Assembly (NCBI GenBank): GCA_965246885.1
Contig: OZ251992.1
Coordinates: 2,496,001 to 2,560,000, forward strand
DNA from: Abditibacterium sp.
Lineage (GTDB): Bacteria > Armatimonadota > Abditibacteriia > Abditibacteriales > Abditibacteriaceae
Direction: 5' to 3'
DNA: 64,000 nt
Made by a program: the position numbers and the translations under genes. The notes under the pieces were generated by a model that was not told the origin of the DNA, ran no database searches, and was given only the letters and a program-made list of their open reading frames with translations. Shown here piece by piece: positions 31,235 through 42,800 of the stretch. The stretch's first letter is position 1, and each line of letters starts with the position of its first letter.

Positions 31235-31804
31235 CTACAGTTGATCGGCAAATTTAGAAAGTCGGGCCACGGTCTGGGGAAGCCTTTGAGTTTGCAAGGT
31301 GTCCAACAACTCTTCCACACTTTGTGGTGGATTCACCAGACGCGCCCGTTGCTCACGCACGGCACGCACGACACTCCCCGCGTTCATCTCGAACAATTCA
31401 AGGACGAAGTCATCGGGATGCTGGGCCTCGATGTCATAAGGTTCCAAAACGGCGCGCGGAAAATCGCGCAGGTTGAAGGTTACGATTCTCTCGGCGCGGC
31501 TGTGGATGACTGCTGCCAAGACATGGCGATCATCGGGGTCGGGAAGCGAGAACGTTTTAAGCAGTGGCTCGTACCCTTCTACCAGGCAGTCGCGCACTGC
31601 CGCGTTCATCTTCGCCTTCGTGCGCTCCAGCCGTTCCCGCGATAGGTGGGGTTGTTTTTCCAGAAGGTTGCCCATCCATTCGTCGTGGATTTTATCCGTC
31701 CACCGCGCTTGGAACAAGCCGGTTTGCGTCAGGCTCATGAGCAAGTCGCGTAGTGGGGCGGGATACAAAACGCAAGCATCATAGACAACACAAAGATGGG
31801 GCAT
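31235..31804 (-). CDS. PIN-domain protein (putative toxin)
   Basis: VVYDACVLYP, W...IHDEW, LPDPDDRHVLAA, IVTFNLRDFP and HPDDF. Confidence 0.92.
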   Translation of the reverse strand: MPHLCVVYDACVLYPAPLRDLLMSLTQTGLFQARWTDKIHDEWMGNLLEKQPHLSRERLERTKAKMNAAVRDCLVEGYEPLLKTFSLPDPDDRHVLAAVIHSRAERIVTFNLRDFPRAVLEPYDIEAQHPDDFVLELFEMNAGSVVRAVREQRARLVNPPQSVEELLDTLQTQRLPQTVARLSKFADQL

Positions 31805-31854
31805 GACAGGAAACTGGTGGACTTAGCACTTCGAGAGCTTAATAGCTCATAAGC

Positions 31855-32331
31855 TTAGTAGCCCATGCCCAACTCTTGAGCTTCGGCAGCTAACTCCCCC
31901 AACACAGCCTGCCGCTTTTGGTCGTCGCGGCGTTTGTAGTCGAGTAGGTCGCGCAGCAGAACCCGGCGGTGCGTGCCCACACGCCGGGAAGGGATGGCCC
32001 CCTCGTCCAGCAACTTCACGAGGTAGGGCCGAGACACGTTCAGCACATCGGCGGCTTCAAACGTCGAGAGTTCGGCCTCTACTGGCAGCAGTTGCACGGC
32101 GCTCCCTTCGGCGACCAGTGCCAACAGGCGGGTGAGCATCTGTAACACCGAAGCGGGCAGCGCCACGACCTCATGGGGTTCGTTCTCGTCCCCCAAGCGC
32201 ACCACTATAGGTTGGTCGTCCCCCTTGGCCGCGGCGCGGGCACCCAGTAGCGACACTAGACGAAGGCTCGACTCGCGCGCGATTTCACTGTCCTGCGCGC
32301 TGGGGACGGTTTGGGGAAAAGCGTTGATCAT
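31855..32331 (-). CDS. Excisionase-like HTH DNA-binding protein (putative antitoxin of the PIN gene)
   Basis: ELSTFEAADVLNVSRPYLVKLLDEGAIP...VGTHRRV and C-terminal AQELGMGY, the usual partner of this PIN family. Confidence 0.9.
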   Translation of the reverse strand: MINAFPQTVPSAQDSEIARESSLRLVSLLGARAAAKGDDQPIVVRLGDENEPHEVVALPASVLQMLTRLLALVAEGSAVQLLPVEAELSTFEAADVLNVSRPYLVKLLDEGAIPSRRVGTHRRVLLRDLLDYKRRDDQKRQAVLGELAAEAQELGMGY

Positions 32332-32513
32332 TTGGACTCTTGCACCTCTTCGGCACTCTCAGCAGTTTAACGCAGCGTTGCACATATTGCATCTGGAGCG
32401 ATGGAAGCGTCCAACGTGTCGCTTGCGTGTCGCTTGAGAGCGCTTTTGATCGTATAGAATAGGCGACATCTTGGGCAACTGAAGCGGGGCGCAAGAAACT
32501 GCCCGGCGAACGT

Positions 32514-33046
32514 TCAACTTTGCGGGGCTTCACGGGCGGCTTGAAGTTGTTTGTAGGACAAGTAGAAGCGCAGCGAGTCGTCGAGCAGTGGCTTCATGCC
32601 CAGTTTCAAATAGAACGCCTTGGCCCGTTCATGTTTGGCATCCACCAGAAAAAAGCGCACCGGAGCCGCACCGCTCTCGATCACGGCATGAGTACGTAAG
32701 AGGGCGCCGGCGAACATGGGCTGGCCAAGACCGCACACTTGGAAGCGCGCATCCACCGCCAAACGCGCCATCAGCAACACCGGAATACTCGCTGGCATGC
32801 CGCGCGCCAACTTGCTCGGCATCTCGTTGCACATGAGCGAGGGTGTAGTAGCCCGCGACTATTACCCGCAAAGAGAAACGTAGGTGCGGGACAGCATCGC
32901 TTTTGGCGGCTGAGGGCTGATTGAACCAGAAAGCGGTCGAGTTCCGCTTCGCCACACGCAAAATCCGCGACCTCGTGTTCGAGGGACAATACAACGGGAG
33001 CCGACAACTCCTCCGGTTCAATTCCGGCCCGTCGCGGCTCACTCAC
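32514..33046 (-). pseudogene. GNAT acetyltransferase toxin (AtaT/TacT-like), frameshifted
   Basis: FACGEAELDRFL, VAGYYTL, PVLLMARLAVD..FQ..GLG and VDAKHERAKAFY fall in three different frames. Confidence 0.85.
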
Positions 33047-33378
33047 CCCACACCGGCTTGCGGGTGAGGAGAGCGCAAAGCGGCGTTAGGTTCCACTGGT
33101 TCGTCCATCACCCGGCACAGCGCCTCGTAACCCTTGGAGGAAAACACCACCACCGACTCCTCTACCACCGCTTGACGCGCCTGCTCCAGCGACGCTTGCA
33201 ACACAAAGGCGCTCAGGTCGGTGCCGCGAGAAAGGGCCGCCCGCTTGAGCAACTCCTTTTGCTCGGCGCTTGTGCGGATGGACAAGCGCTCCTCGCGTCG
33301 AGCATCCAAAATTGTTGTGTTGCTGCGGACGCGGGCGGCCCTCGCGCGTGGTATCGCTTTGTGGGTAGTTGCCGCCAT
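33043..33378 (-). CDS. DUF1778 RHH antitoxin (AtaR/TacA-like)
   Basis: REERLSIRTSAEQKELLKRAA...LSAFVLQASLEQA...PNAAL; GTGA overlap with the GNAT start. Confidence 0.88.
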   Translation of the reverse strand: MAATTHKAIPRARAARVRSNTTILDARREERLSIRTSAEQKELLKRAALSRGTDLSAFVLQASLEQARQAVVEESVVVFSSKGYEALCRVMDEPVEPNAALRSPHPQAGVG

Positions 33379-33533
33379 GATCTGTTCCCCCCATTTCAAC
33401 GCATGGGCAAACGTTGTATTCCCTTTTCCGTCGTCCTCACGGTCTGGGTGTCGAGGATAGCGGCAGTGGGATGAGAGTGGGCGCGGCCCTGAGAGTAGCG
33501 CATCTCGACACGCAATGCCTCCACCACCCTGTC

Positions 33534-33814
33534 CTACGTCCCGTTCAACCTCCAGCGCCGAAACGCCGAGTAGACGCATTTCCACGAAGGGTAGCTCTGG
33601 GGCAGGTAGCGCCACTGGCAGCCTGTTCGCAACACATAGAAAATGGCGTTGAGCAACTCCCGGCGCGGCAAGCGCCCACTTCTGCCGCACGCCGCTCGCA
33701 GAACAGGCGCCACCAAACGCCATTGCTCGTCGCTCAGGTCGCTGGGATAGACCGCTTTCGTTATCTTTGGCATACACGCCAGTCTAAATTACACCCCGCT
33801 ACGGAGACAAGCTC
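33534..33814 (-). mobile_element. IS5-family remnant: one end plus N-terminal transposase fragment (33534-33773)
   Basis: YPSDLSDEQW...RELLNAIFYVLRTGCQWRYLP..YP.WK.VY..FRRW (DUF4096-like). Candidate end GAGCTTGTCTCCGTA on the minus strand, preceded by TCA (TNA-type target). DDE domain absent. Confidence 0.85.
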
Positions 33815-33843
33815 TGAGGGCGACGGGCGCGACGGGGCGCCGA

Positions 33844-36800
33844 GTTTCAATCCCTCAAAGCACGATTAAAGGCTACAACGAAGCGAACAAGATCCGCATT
33901 GAATCGAAAAGTTTCAATCCCTCAAAGCACGATTAAAGGCCGCGCTGCTTTTGCACAGCAGCAGTTCGCGCCCGTTTGTTTCAATCCCTCAAAGCACGAT
34001 TAAAGGACGCAGGGAAAGTCACGGGCCTGTCCGCGTTCCTTGAGTTTCAATCCCTCAAAGCACGATTAAAGGTTGAACGCGAACCGGGTGCGTGGGGCTG
34101 TCTGATGTCGTTTCAATCCCTCAAAGCACGATTAAAGGTTCCCCCTTCGATCCTTGCGGCCATCGAAAAAGTCTAGTTTCAATCCCTCAAAGCACGATTA
34201 AAGGTTCAAAGGGCACGTCGAACACAAGCGCACTTGGCCAAGTTTCAATCCCTCAAAGCACGATTAAAGGCCGGTTGCGAGCATCGCGGCGCCGACATCG
34301 TGGCCGTCGTTTCAATCCCTCAAAGCACGATTAAAGGTTACACGAGTCGTTTTTCAATGGCACATGGAAAGCGGAGTTTCAATCCCTCAAAGCACGATTA
34401 AAGGTATAGGCGACTGCACGCCCGTATTTGTCCAAGCGTTGTTTCAATCCCTCAAAGCACGATTAAAGGTTCAAAGGGCACGTCGAACACAAGCGCACTT
34501 GGCCAAGTTTCAATCCCTCAAAGCACGATTAAAGGGCGGCGTCGAAGCCGTCAATAGTCTGCGCGTAGCCGAAGTTTCAATCCCTCAAAGCACGATTAAA
34601 GGCTGCGCCGAAGCTCTCGACGCCGGTGGTTGAGCCGCTTGGTTTCAATCCCTCAAAGCACGATTAAAGGGCCCGCGAGGTAGAGGGCGATGGTTGTCGC
34701 AATGATGGGTTTCAATCCCTCAAAGCACGATTAAAGGGGACAGGCATGTTCGTCGAACGCACCATGTCGCGAACGTTTCAATCCCTCAAAGCACGATTAA
34801 AGGTTGGCGTGGTGGCAACTCGTTCCCGGCTCGATGCGTTTCAATCCCTCAAAGCACGATTAAAGGCCGAATGATGTCGAACGGGCGAAGTATCGGAAAT
34901 TGTTTCAATCCCTCAAAGCACGATTAAAGGGTTCATCATGGAAGTGCTGACCGGGCGGGTCGTGGACGTTTCAATCCCTCAAAGCACGATTAAAGGCGGC
35001 GGTGGCCTTGGCGGGGCCGGTCGGGGTGTTGGGTTTCAATCCCTCAAAGCACGATTAAAGGCCGCACCTCGCCGCCGTTGGCGCGCGAAAGTTCCATTTG
35101 TTTCAATCCCTCAAAGCACGATTAAAGGATCGCCCACGAGCGCCGCCAACTCCTTGCTCATTTCGGTTTCAATCCCTCAAAGCACGATTAAAGGCCGCGC
35201 CTGCACCGCGTCGGGCAGCGCCGCGTGCTGTGTTTCAATCCCTCAAAGCACGATTAAAGGGCTGGAACTGGGCGCCTACGAGGGCGAGAAATCTCCGAGT
35301 TTCAATCCCTCAAAGCACGATTAAAGGAAAGCACTCGAAGACGCTTACACCGGCCAGAAAACAGTTTCAATCCCTCAAAGCACGATTAAAGGGCGGCTCA
35401 TCAAGCGCGTTCTTGGCCCGCTCGAAAAGGGTTTCAATCCCTCAAAGCACGATTAAAGGCGGTGGCCGCTTTCGTCGGTATCAAATTGCGTGAACCGTTT
35501 CAATCCCTCAAAGCACGATTAAAGGTGGTTGTCTTCTACTTCGAGGTCGTAAAGGCTTTGAGTTTCAATCCCTCAAAGCACGATTAAAGGCCATTGACGG
35601 CATCGCCGATTTGTGCGGCAAATTCGTGTTTCAATCCCTCAAAGCACGATTAAAGGGCGCAGATCAGCAGGTAGAGCGCGGCTTCCCGCCATTGTTTCAA
35701 TCCCTCAAAGCACGATTAAAGGGGCCGAACTGGGGCACGCTTCCACCAACTCCATGAGGTGTTTCAATCCCTCAAAGCACGATTAAAGGTCCCTGCTGCT
35801 TGACGAACCGTTCACAGCGGTTCAATGTTTCAATCCCTCAAAGCACGATTAAAGGGTCGGGGTCGCCGCTCCGGGAGTTGTGGCACCGTGCGTGTTTCAA
35901 TCCCTCAAAGCACGATTAAAGGTCCGGCGTCGGGGGTGGGCGTCGCCACGTCAAATGAGGTTTCAATCCCTCAAAGCACGATTAAAGGTTGGTCGCCGTG
36001 TTGTTCGTCGGATCAAACACCACGAGTTTCAATCCCTCAAAGCACGATTAAAGGGGCATCAGTTCAAGCGTCATGTATCCACCCTCTTCGAGTTTCAATC
36101 CCTCAAAGCACGATTAAAGGCTTGCGTGGCGGCGGGGTGCGGGGCGGCCTCGACGGGGTTTCAATCCCTCAAAGCACGATTAAAGGCCGCCCGTAGACGC
36201 GCCGCCCGCGCCCTTACCCCAAGTTTCAATCCCTCAAAGCACGATTAAAGGTTACTCGATCCTCAGCGCCTGCTCTCCGCGCACAGGGGTTTCAATCCCT
36301 CAAAGCACGATTAAAGGCCGTTCTCCTCGATGTCCTTGACTTCGTAGGTGAGTCCGTTTCAATCCCTCAAAGCACGATTAAAGGTCGATGCACAAGCCGA
36401 AGCGAAATGAAGGAATGGCAGTGTTTCAATCCCTCAAAGCACGATTAAAGGAGCGCGAGGATCGCAAAGACGCCGTTTCTATTTTGCGTTTCAATCCCTC
36501 AAAGCACGATTAAAGGCCCCGCGTCGTGGCCTGTCCGGCGTGGCGGTCGCGGGTTTCAATCCCTCAAAGCACGATTAAAGGTGCACCCGGCGACGGACAA
36601 AAACGAGTTTCTCTTCGTGTTTCAATCCCTCAAAGCACGATTAAAGGGTTACTCCGTCCTTGGCGAGATAGGCGCGAAACTCTGTTTCAATCCCTCAAAG
36701 CACGATTAAAGGTCGCCAAGGACGGAGTAACCGCGCACCTATATCGCTATCGTTTCAATCCCTCAAAGCACGATTAAAGGTCGGCAAACGTGGCTCCTGC

Positions 36801-39800
36801 CTCGGTTGCGGCTTGTGGTTTCAATCCCTCAAAGCACGATTAAAGGGCTCTCCTCGCTTGTCGCGTGTTCCTGATAGCGATATGTTTCAATCCCTCAAAG
36901 CACGATTAAAGGTTTGGCTTTATAAAGCCAAACTTAGCGTGTAGTTCGACGTTTCAATCCCTCAAAGCACGATTAAAGGCGGCGCGGCGAGGACGGCATC
37001 GTGTGCAAAGTGCGTTGGTTTCAATCCCTCAAAGCACGATTAAAGGCGTGTTCCGGGTTTTTACCCCAACCCGGAACAAAACCGTTTCAATCCCTCAAAG
37101 CACGATTAAAGGGACGAGATGCCCGCCCGCCCGCTCGTCCTCGATGTCGGTTTCAATCCCTCAAAGCACGATTAAAGGAAGGCGTCAATGTCCGGCTCGT
37201 TGTTCGAGCCGTGTTTCAATCCCTCAAAGCACGATTAAAGGGCCCAGCGCCTTGCGGCTGGCTTTCCCGTCCGGGACAGTTTCAATCCCTCAAAGCACGA
37301 TTAAAGGTTCGGGCAAAGGAATCCGGATTATATGTTGAACATGTGTTTCAATCCCTCAAAGCACGATTAAAGGGCGCGCGCAGGGCAACAGAGATTCGAT
37401 AAAACTCGACGTTTCAATCCCTCAAAGCACGATTAAAGGCACTCTCATCAATCCATATCTTTGAGGCATTGTCAACGTTTCAATCCCTCAAAGCACGATT
37501 AAAGGCAGCAATTCCATTAGAGAAACAATCGTTTGGCCCATTGTTTCAATCCCTCAAAGCACGATTAAAGGTCTCGGCTTGAAAGAGCGGCTTGCGCGCG
37601 AGAACATGTTTCAATCCCTCAAAGCACGATTAAAGGCAGCTGCTACAAAAGCAACTTCATACGCTATAGATGTTTCAATCCCTCAAAGCACGATTAAAGG
37701 TCGTTGTAAAGCTCCTGCTTCACGGGGTCAAACCGGAGTTTCAATCCCTCAAAGCACGATTAAAGGATGGAGCAGATACGCCTCGATCTCCGCGCGCCCG
37801 ACGAGTTTCAATCCCTCAAAGCACGATTAAAGGCGGGTTGCGCCGCACGATGCCCAGTGCCGGATTTGGTTTCAATCCCTCAAAGCACGATTAAAGGGGT
37901 TTGATGCCCGTCACGCGGAACGGGCCGACGTCGGTTTCAATCCCTCAAAGCACGATTAAAGGATCGGCGACACGAGCAAAAGCGTCTTCATCGGGCCAGA
38001 GTTTCAATCCCTCAAAGCACGATTAAAGGGACAAGTTGCCGACGAAGGCGATTCTGTTCGTCTTGTGTTTCAATCCCTCAAAGCACGATTAAAGGTTCGC
38101 CGTGCTGAGTTGGTCGCGTAGCTCTTGAATTGGTTTCAATCCCTCAAAGCACGATTAAAGGGTGCCCGTCCCAGTGCAAAACACTGTTTTCGGCGACTGT
38201 TTCAATCCCTCAAAGCACGATTAAAGGCAGTTTATCATAGATAAGCGTTTAGGTAGAACTCTTTGTTTCAATCCCTCAAAGCACGATTAAAGGTGACTTT
38301 TGAGGAAGCGTGCCGGGACATCGAAGAGTGGTTTCAATCCCTCAAAGCACGATTAAAGGACCTCTAGCGGTACACCATACTGTAAGCCCATGGAAAGTTT
38401 CAATCCCTCAAAGCACGATTAAAGGGCTCGCAGTAGGCGCAAGCATCGTTGTTTGTAGCAAGTTTCAATCCCTCAAAGCACGATTAAAGGAAGCGCGTCG
38501 CCAGAAGCGGGGGGCGCTCCTATGGCCGTTTCAATCCCTCAAAGCACGATTAAAGGAAGCCACGCCGCCGCCGCTTCGCGCGCTGAGGGTCTCGTTTCAA
38601 TCCCTCAAAGCACGATTAAAGGCCCGTGTTCGTCGCGCTGCATCGGAAGCGTCGTGAACGTTTCAATCCCTCAAAGCACGATTAAAGGCGATGTGGCAGT
38701 TCTTTCGGGCCTTCCCGCGCAGGAAGTTTCAATCCCTCAAAGCACGATTAAAGGGCTGTTCGCCCTTCGCCATCGCCGCGTCCACTTTTTTGTTTCAATC
38801 CCTCAAAGCACGATTAAAGGCGAGCAAACGCACATGGAACTGGCGCCGCCGGGAAGCGGTTTCAATCCCTCAAAGCACGATTAAAGGGTTCGTTCGCGCG
38901 CTGCGGCGCTACGTCGGGCGTTGTTTCAATCCCTCAAAGCACGATTAAAGGATGGCGCGCGCGGGGTGCGGCAAGACGTTCTCCATCGGTTTCAATCCCT
39001 CAAAGCACGATTAAAGGGTGCGAGCGGCACTTGGACGCGCACGAAATGGGCGCGGTTTCAATCCCTCAAAGCACGATTAAAGGGCGCCACATCGAGTTGC
39101 ACGGCAAAGCGCCGCTCGTGTGTTTCAATCCCTCAAAGCACGATTAAAGGTTCGTAGGTTCGCCCGTTGTAAGTGACGATGTCGTGTTTCAATCCCTCAA
39201 AGCACGATTAAAGGGGCTCCTCGCTTTGCAAAACGAGGAGCGCGCCACCATGTTTCAATCCCTCAAAGCACGATTAAAGGTTCTTCCGCGTTAACCCTTC
39301 CACTGTGAGCGACGCCTAGTTTCAATCCCTCAAAGCACGATTAAAGGTCGCGCGCGACTTGTTGCCATGACACATCCAACCGCTGTTTCAATCCCTCAAA
39401 GCACGATTAAAGGCGGATAGTTGTCCTCGTAGCGCACGAGAAGCGGGTTGTGTTTCAATCCCTCAAAGCACGATTAAAGGCCGGTTGTGGTCAAAACGGG
39501 GCCGATTGGCTTACTGGTTTCAATCCCTCAAAGCACGATTAAAGGAACGCGCGCGGCGGGATTTTGAGTTCGAGAATCATGGGTTTCAATCCCTCAAAGC
39601 ACGATTAAAGGGATCTGCCGCTCGCTCAGGTCAATTCCGACGTAGCGCGTTTCAATCCCTCAAAGCACGATTAAAGGGCCCGGAGAACCCTCGTTTTGGA
39701 GGATCGTTCGATGTTTCAATCCCTCAAAGCACGATTAAAGGAGCAGTTTTTTCAGCCGACGCCCTACAATCCTCAGTGTTTCAATCCCTCAAAGCACGAT

Positions 39801-42800
39801 TAAAGGACGCGGATGGCACACCGCTTTACCGCTCCGATGTGGGTTTCAATCCCTCAAAGCACGATTAAAGGTTGATGATCGGCACGCCCTTCTTGGCGAG
39901 TGCGACGCGGTTTCAATCCCTCAAAGCACGATTAAAGGAAACCGCCGTTTCCCCATTGGGCGAAGGGCGCAGCGGTTTCAATCCCTCAAAGCACGATTAA
40001 AGGCTTGAGACGCGCCAACGCTTACCCATCCTGACGGCGGTTTCAATCCCTCAAAGCACGATTAAAGGGTAGACCCCGCGAGCGTGCCACCCTACACGCC
40101 ACCCACGTTTCAATCCCTCAAAGCACGATTAAAGGGCGTCAACAGCAAGGTGCCTTTCCATTTCAAGCAGGTTTCAATCCCTCAAAGCACGATTAAAGGT
40201 TAGGATGAACGCCAAACGCTCGCGCTCCTGCGTGCGTTTCAATCCCTCAAAGCACGATTAAAGGGATGGATGCCCAGCATGGCCAAGGCCGCTTTTACGT
40301 TGTTTCAATCCCTCAAAGCACGATTAAAGGTGTGGTGGACGTGCGGCGAGATCGGGCACGTCACCTGTTTCAATCCCTCAAAGCACGATTAAAGGCTCAG
40401 CCATCATCAAAAACCGTGTCGTCAGGTTCTTGTTTCAATCCCTCAAAGCACGATTAAAGGTTGCCGTGTCCGCCGCCGCAAGAGGGGCAGGCTTCGAGTT
40501 TCAATCCCTCAAAGCACGATTAAAGGCTTGTGGCGGCAGGTCGGGCGGGTTGGTGGGTGCGGGGTTTCAATCCCTCAAAGCACGATTAAAGGTCGGTTTA
40601 CTCCAACGTGGACTGCATCACGTCCCCAGTGTTTCAATCCCTCAAAGCACGATTAAAGGTCTGGCGCGCGTTTGGCCTTGAGCAGCGCATCGTGGGTTTC
40701 AATCCCTCAAAGCACGATTAAAGGTTCGAGTGCAACCGCCGCATTTGGGAGGAGATGCTGGTTTCAATCCCTCAAAGCACGATTAAAGGCAGGCGAAGCT
40801 GCCGATGTTCCGGGCGAAACCAAATAGTTTCAATCCCTCAAAGCACGATTAAAGGCAACACCGCGCCGCCGGGCAAGCGCCCGATGAATCGCGTTTCAAT
40901 CCCTCAAAGCACGATTAAAGGAAGGCGCCGAATTGGAGCCGCTCCGCGTAGATAACGAGGTTTCAATCCCTCAAAGCACGATTAAAGGCGTAGCCAAGCG
41001 GGTGCCGTGCTTGCAGGTGATGGGGTTTCAATCCCTCAAAGCACGATTAAAGGGAAGGCGATGTTGACAAGGTTGCCGTTGGTCAGCGTGTTTCAATCCC
41101 TCAAAGCACGATTAAAGGGCGCATGATTAAAAACGCAGTTAAAACACGCACTCGAGTTTCAATCCCTCAAAGCACGATTAAAGGTTCCATGACGGTTCGT
41201 CTATGCGCCCCGTCGTTTTGAGTTTCAATCCCTCAAAGCACGATTAAAGGTTAGGTCGTAAACCTCGCTCGTGGTGACTTCGAGGTGTTTCAATCCCTCA
41301 AAGCACGATTAAAGGAGGTCGGCGAGCTTTTTGAGGCCGCGCGACAGGATGTGTTTCAATCCCTCAAAGCACGATTAAAGGGAAATTTGTTCTGTTGTCA
41401 TGATTGAATTAGCTCCAGTGTTTCAATCCCTCAAAGCACGATTAAAGGCACACGCCGCAGCGCCCGTGCCCCTCGTTGCAAAAAGTTTCAATCCCTCAAA
41501 GCACGATTAAAGGGGGCTTTCATGGGGCACGCCCGCACTTCCCGAACAGGGTTTCAATCCCTCAAAGCACGATTAAAGGATGCGCTTGCCGACGAAATCC
41601 GCGCGCGGCGATTGGTGTTTCAATCCCTCAAAGCACGATTAAAGGCCACGTTCCACAGCAAACGATCAACCATCGAGGAAGTGTTTCAATCCCTCAAAGC
41701 ACGATTAAAGGGCGGAACGCCGGTGCCGGATAGTTTTGCAACTCTTGGATGTTTCAATCCCTCAAAGCACGATTAAAGGCTGTAGGACAGACTCAAAGAT
41801 CTTACACAAACTACAAGTTTCAATCCCTCAAAGCACGATTAAAGGTGGCGTTGGCTTCCAAAGCAGCCGCATTAACCGAACGTTTCAATCCCTCAAAGCA
41901 CGATTAAAGGCACGCGGCGAGTAGTGCGGGCGCGGCGGCGATGAGATGTTTCAATCCCTCAAAGCACGATTAAAGGTACGGCGCCACCACGCACAGATGA
42001 CGCATGAGGAAATGTTTCAATCCCTCAAAGCACGATTAAAGGTGCCCCTCTCGCGCATGTATCCAAACGCACGCGCGAGGTTTCAATCCCTCAAAGCACG
42101 ATTAAAGGTTTACCGCGACCCGAAGGTACTGTGGAACAGCGACGAGTTTCAATCCCTCAAAGCACGATTAAAGGCCCGCTCGACCCGGCACGGCGAACCG
42201 CGCGTTTGACGTTTCAATCCCTCAAAGCACGATTAAAGGGCTGTCGGTGCGCTTCGCGGCGGGGGGCACCATTCAAGTTTCAATCCCTCAAAGCACGATT
42301 AAAGGCCGACGCTGCGCGACGAGGGGCTAACCACCGAAGCGGGTTTCAATCCCTCAAAGCACGATTAAAGGTGGCTACGCTGTCCACGACCGATGCGCGC
42401 TACACGCCTGTTTCAATCCCTCAAAGCACGATTAAAGGTCGCGTCTTCGTCGCTCGTTTGAGCGTCCGGCACCGGTGGTTTCAATCCCTCAAAGCACGAT
42501 TAAAGGCGGCTTTTTTGCCGCGCGCGGCAGCGACGCTCAGGAGTTTCAATCCCTCAAAGCACGATTAAAGGAGGCGATCACGAATTTGATCAACGGCATT
42601 TGCGGGCGTTTCAATCCCTCAAAGCACGATTAAAGGTCACAATGCCCGTCAGGAAGTCGATTGTTTTGGGATGTTTCAATCCCTCAAAGCACGATTAAAG
42701 GATTATGCCCCGGCAAAACGTCTTTACCTTTAACGCAGTTTCAATCCCTCAAAGCACGATTAAAGGAGCGGCCTTCACACTCGCTTCTTCTTGGTCAGAG

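Noticed and set aside
33379..33777. 244-aa ORF extending the DUF1778 antitoxin upstream
   Set aside because: The extension runs through the IS remnant in another frame; the antitoxin most plausibly starts at ATG 33378.
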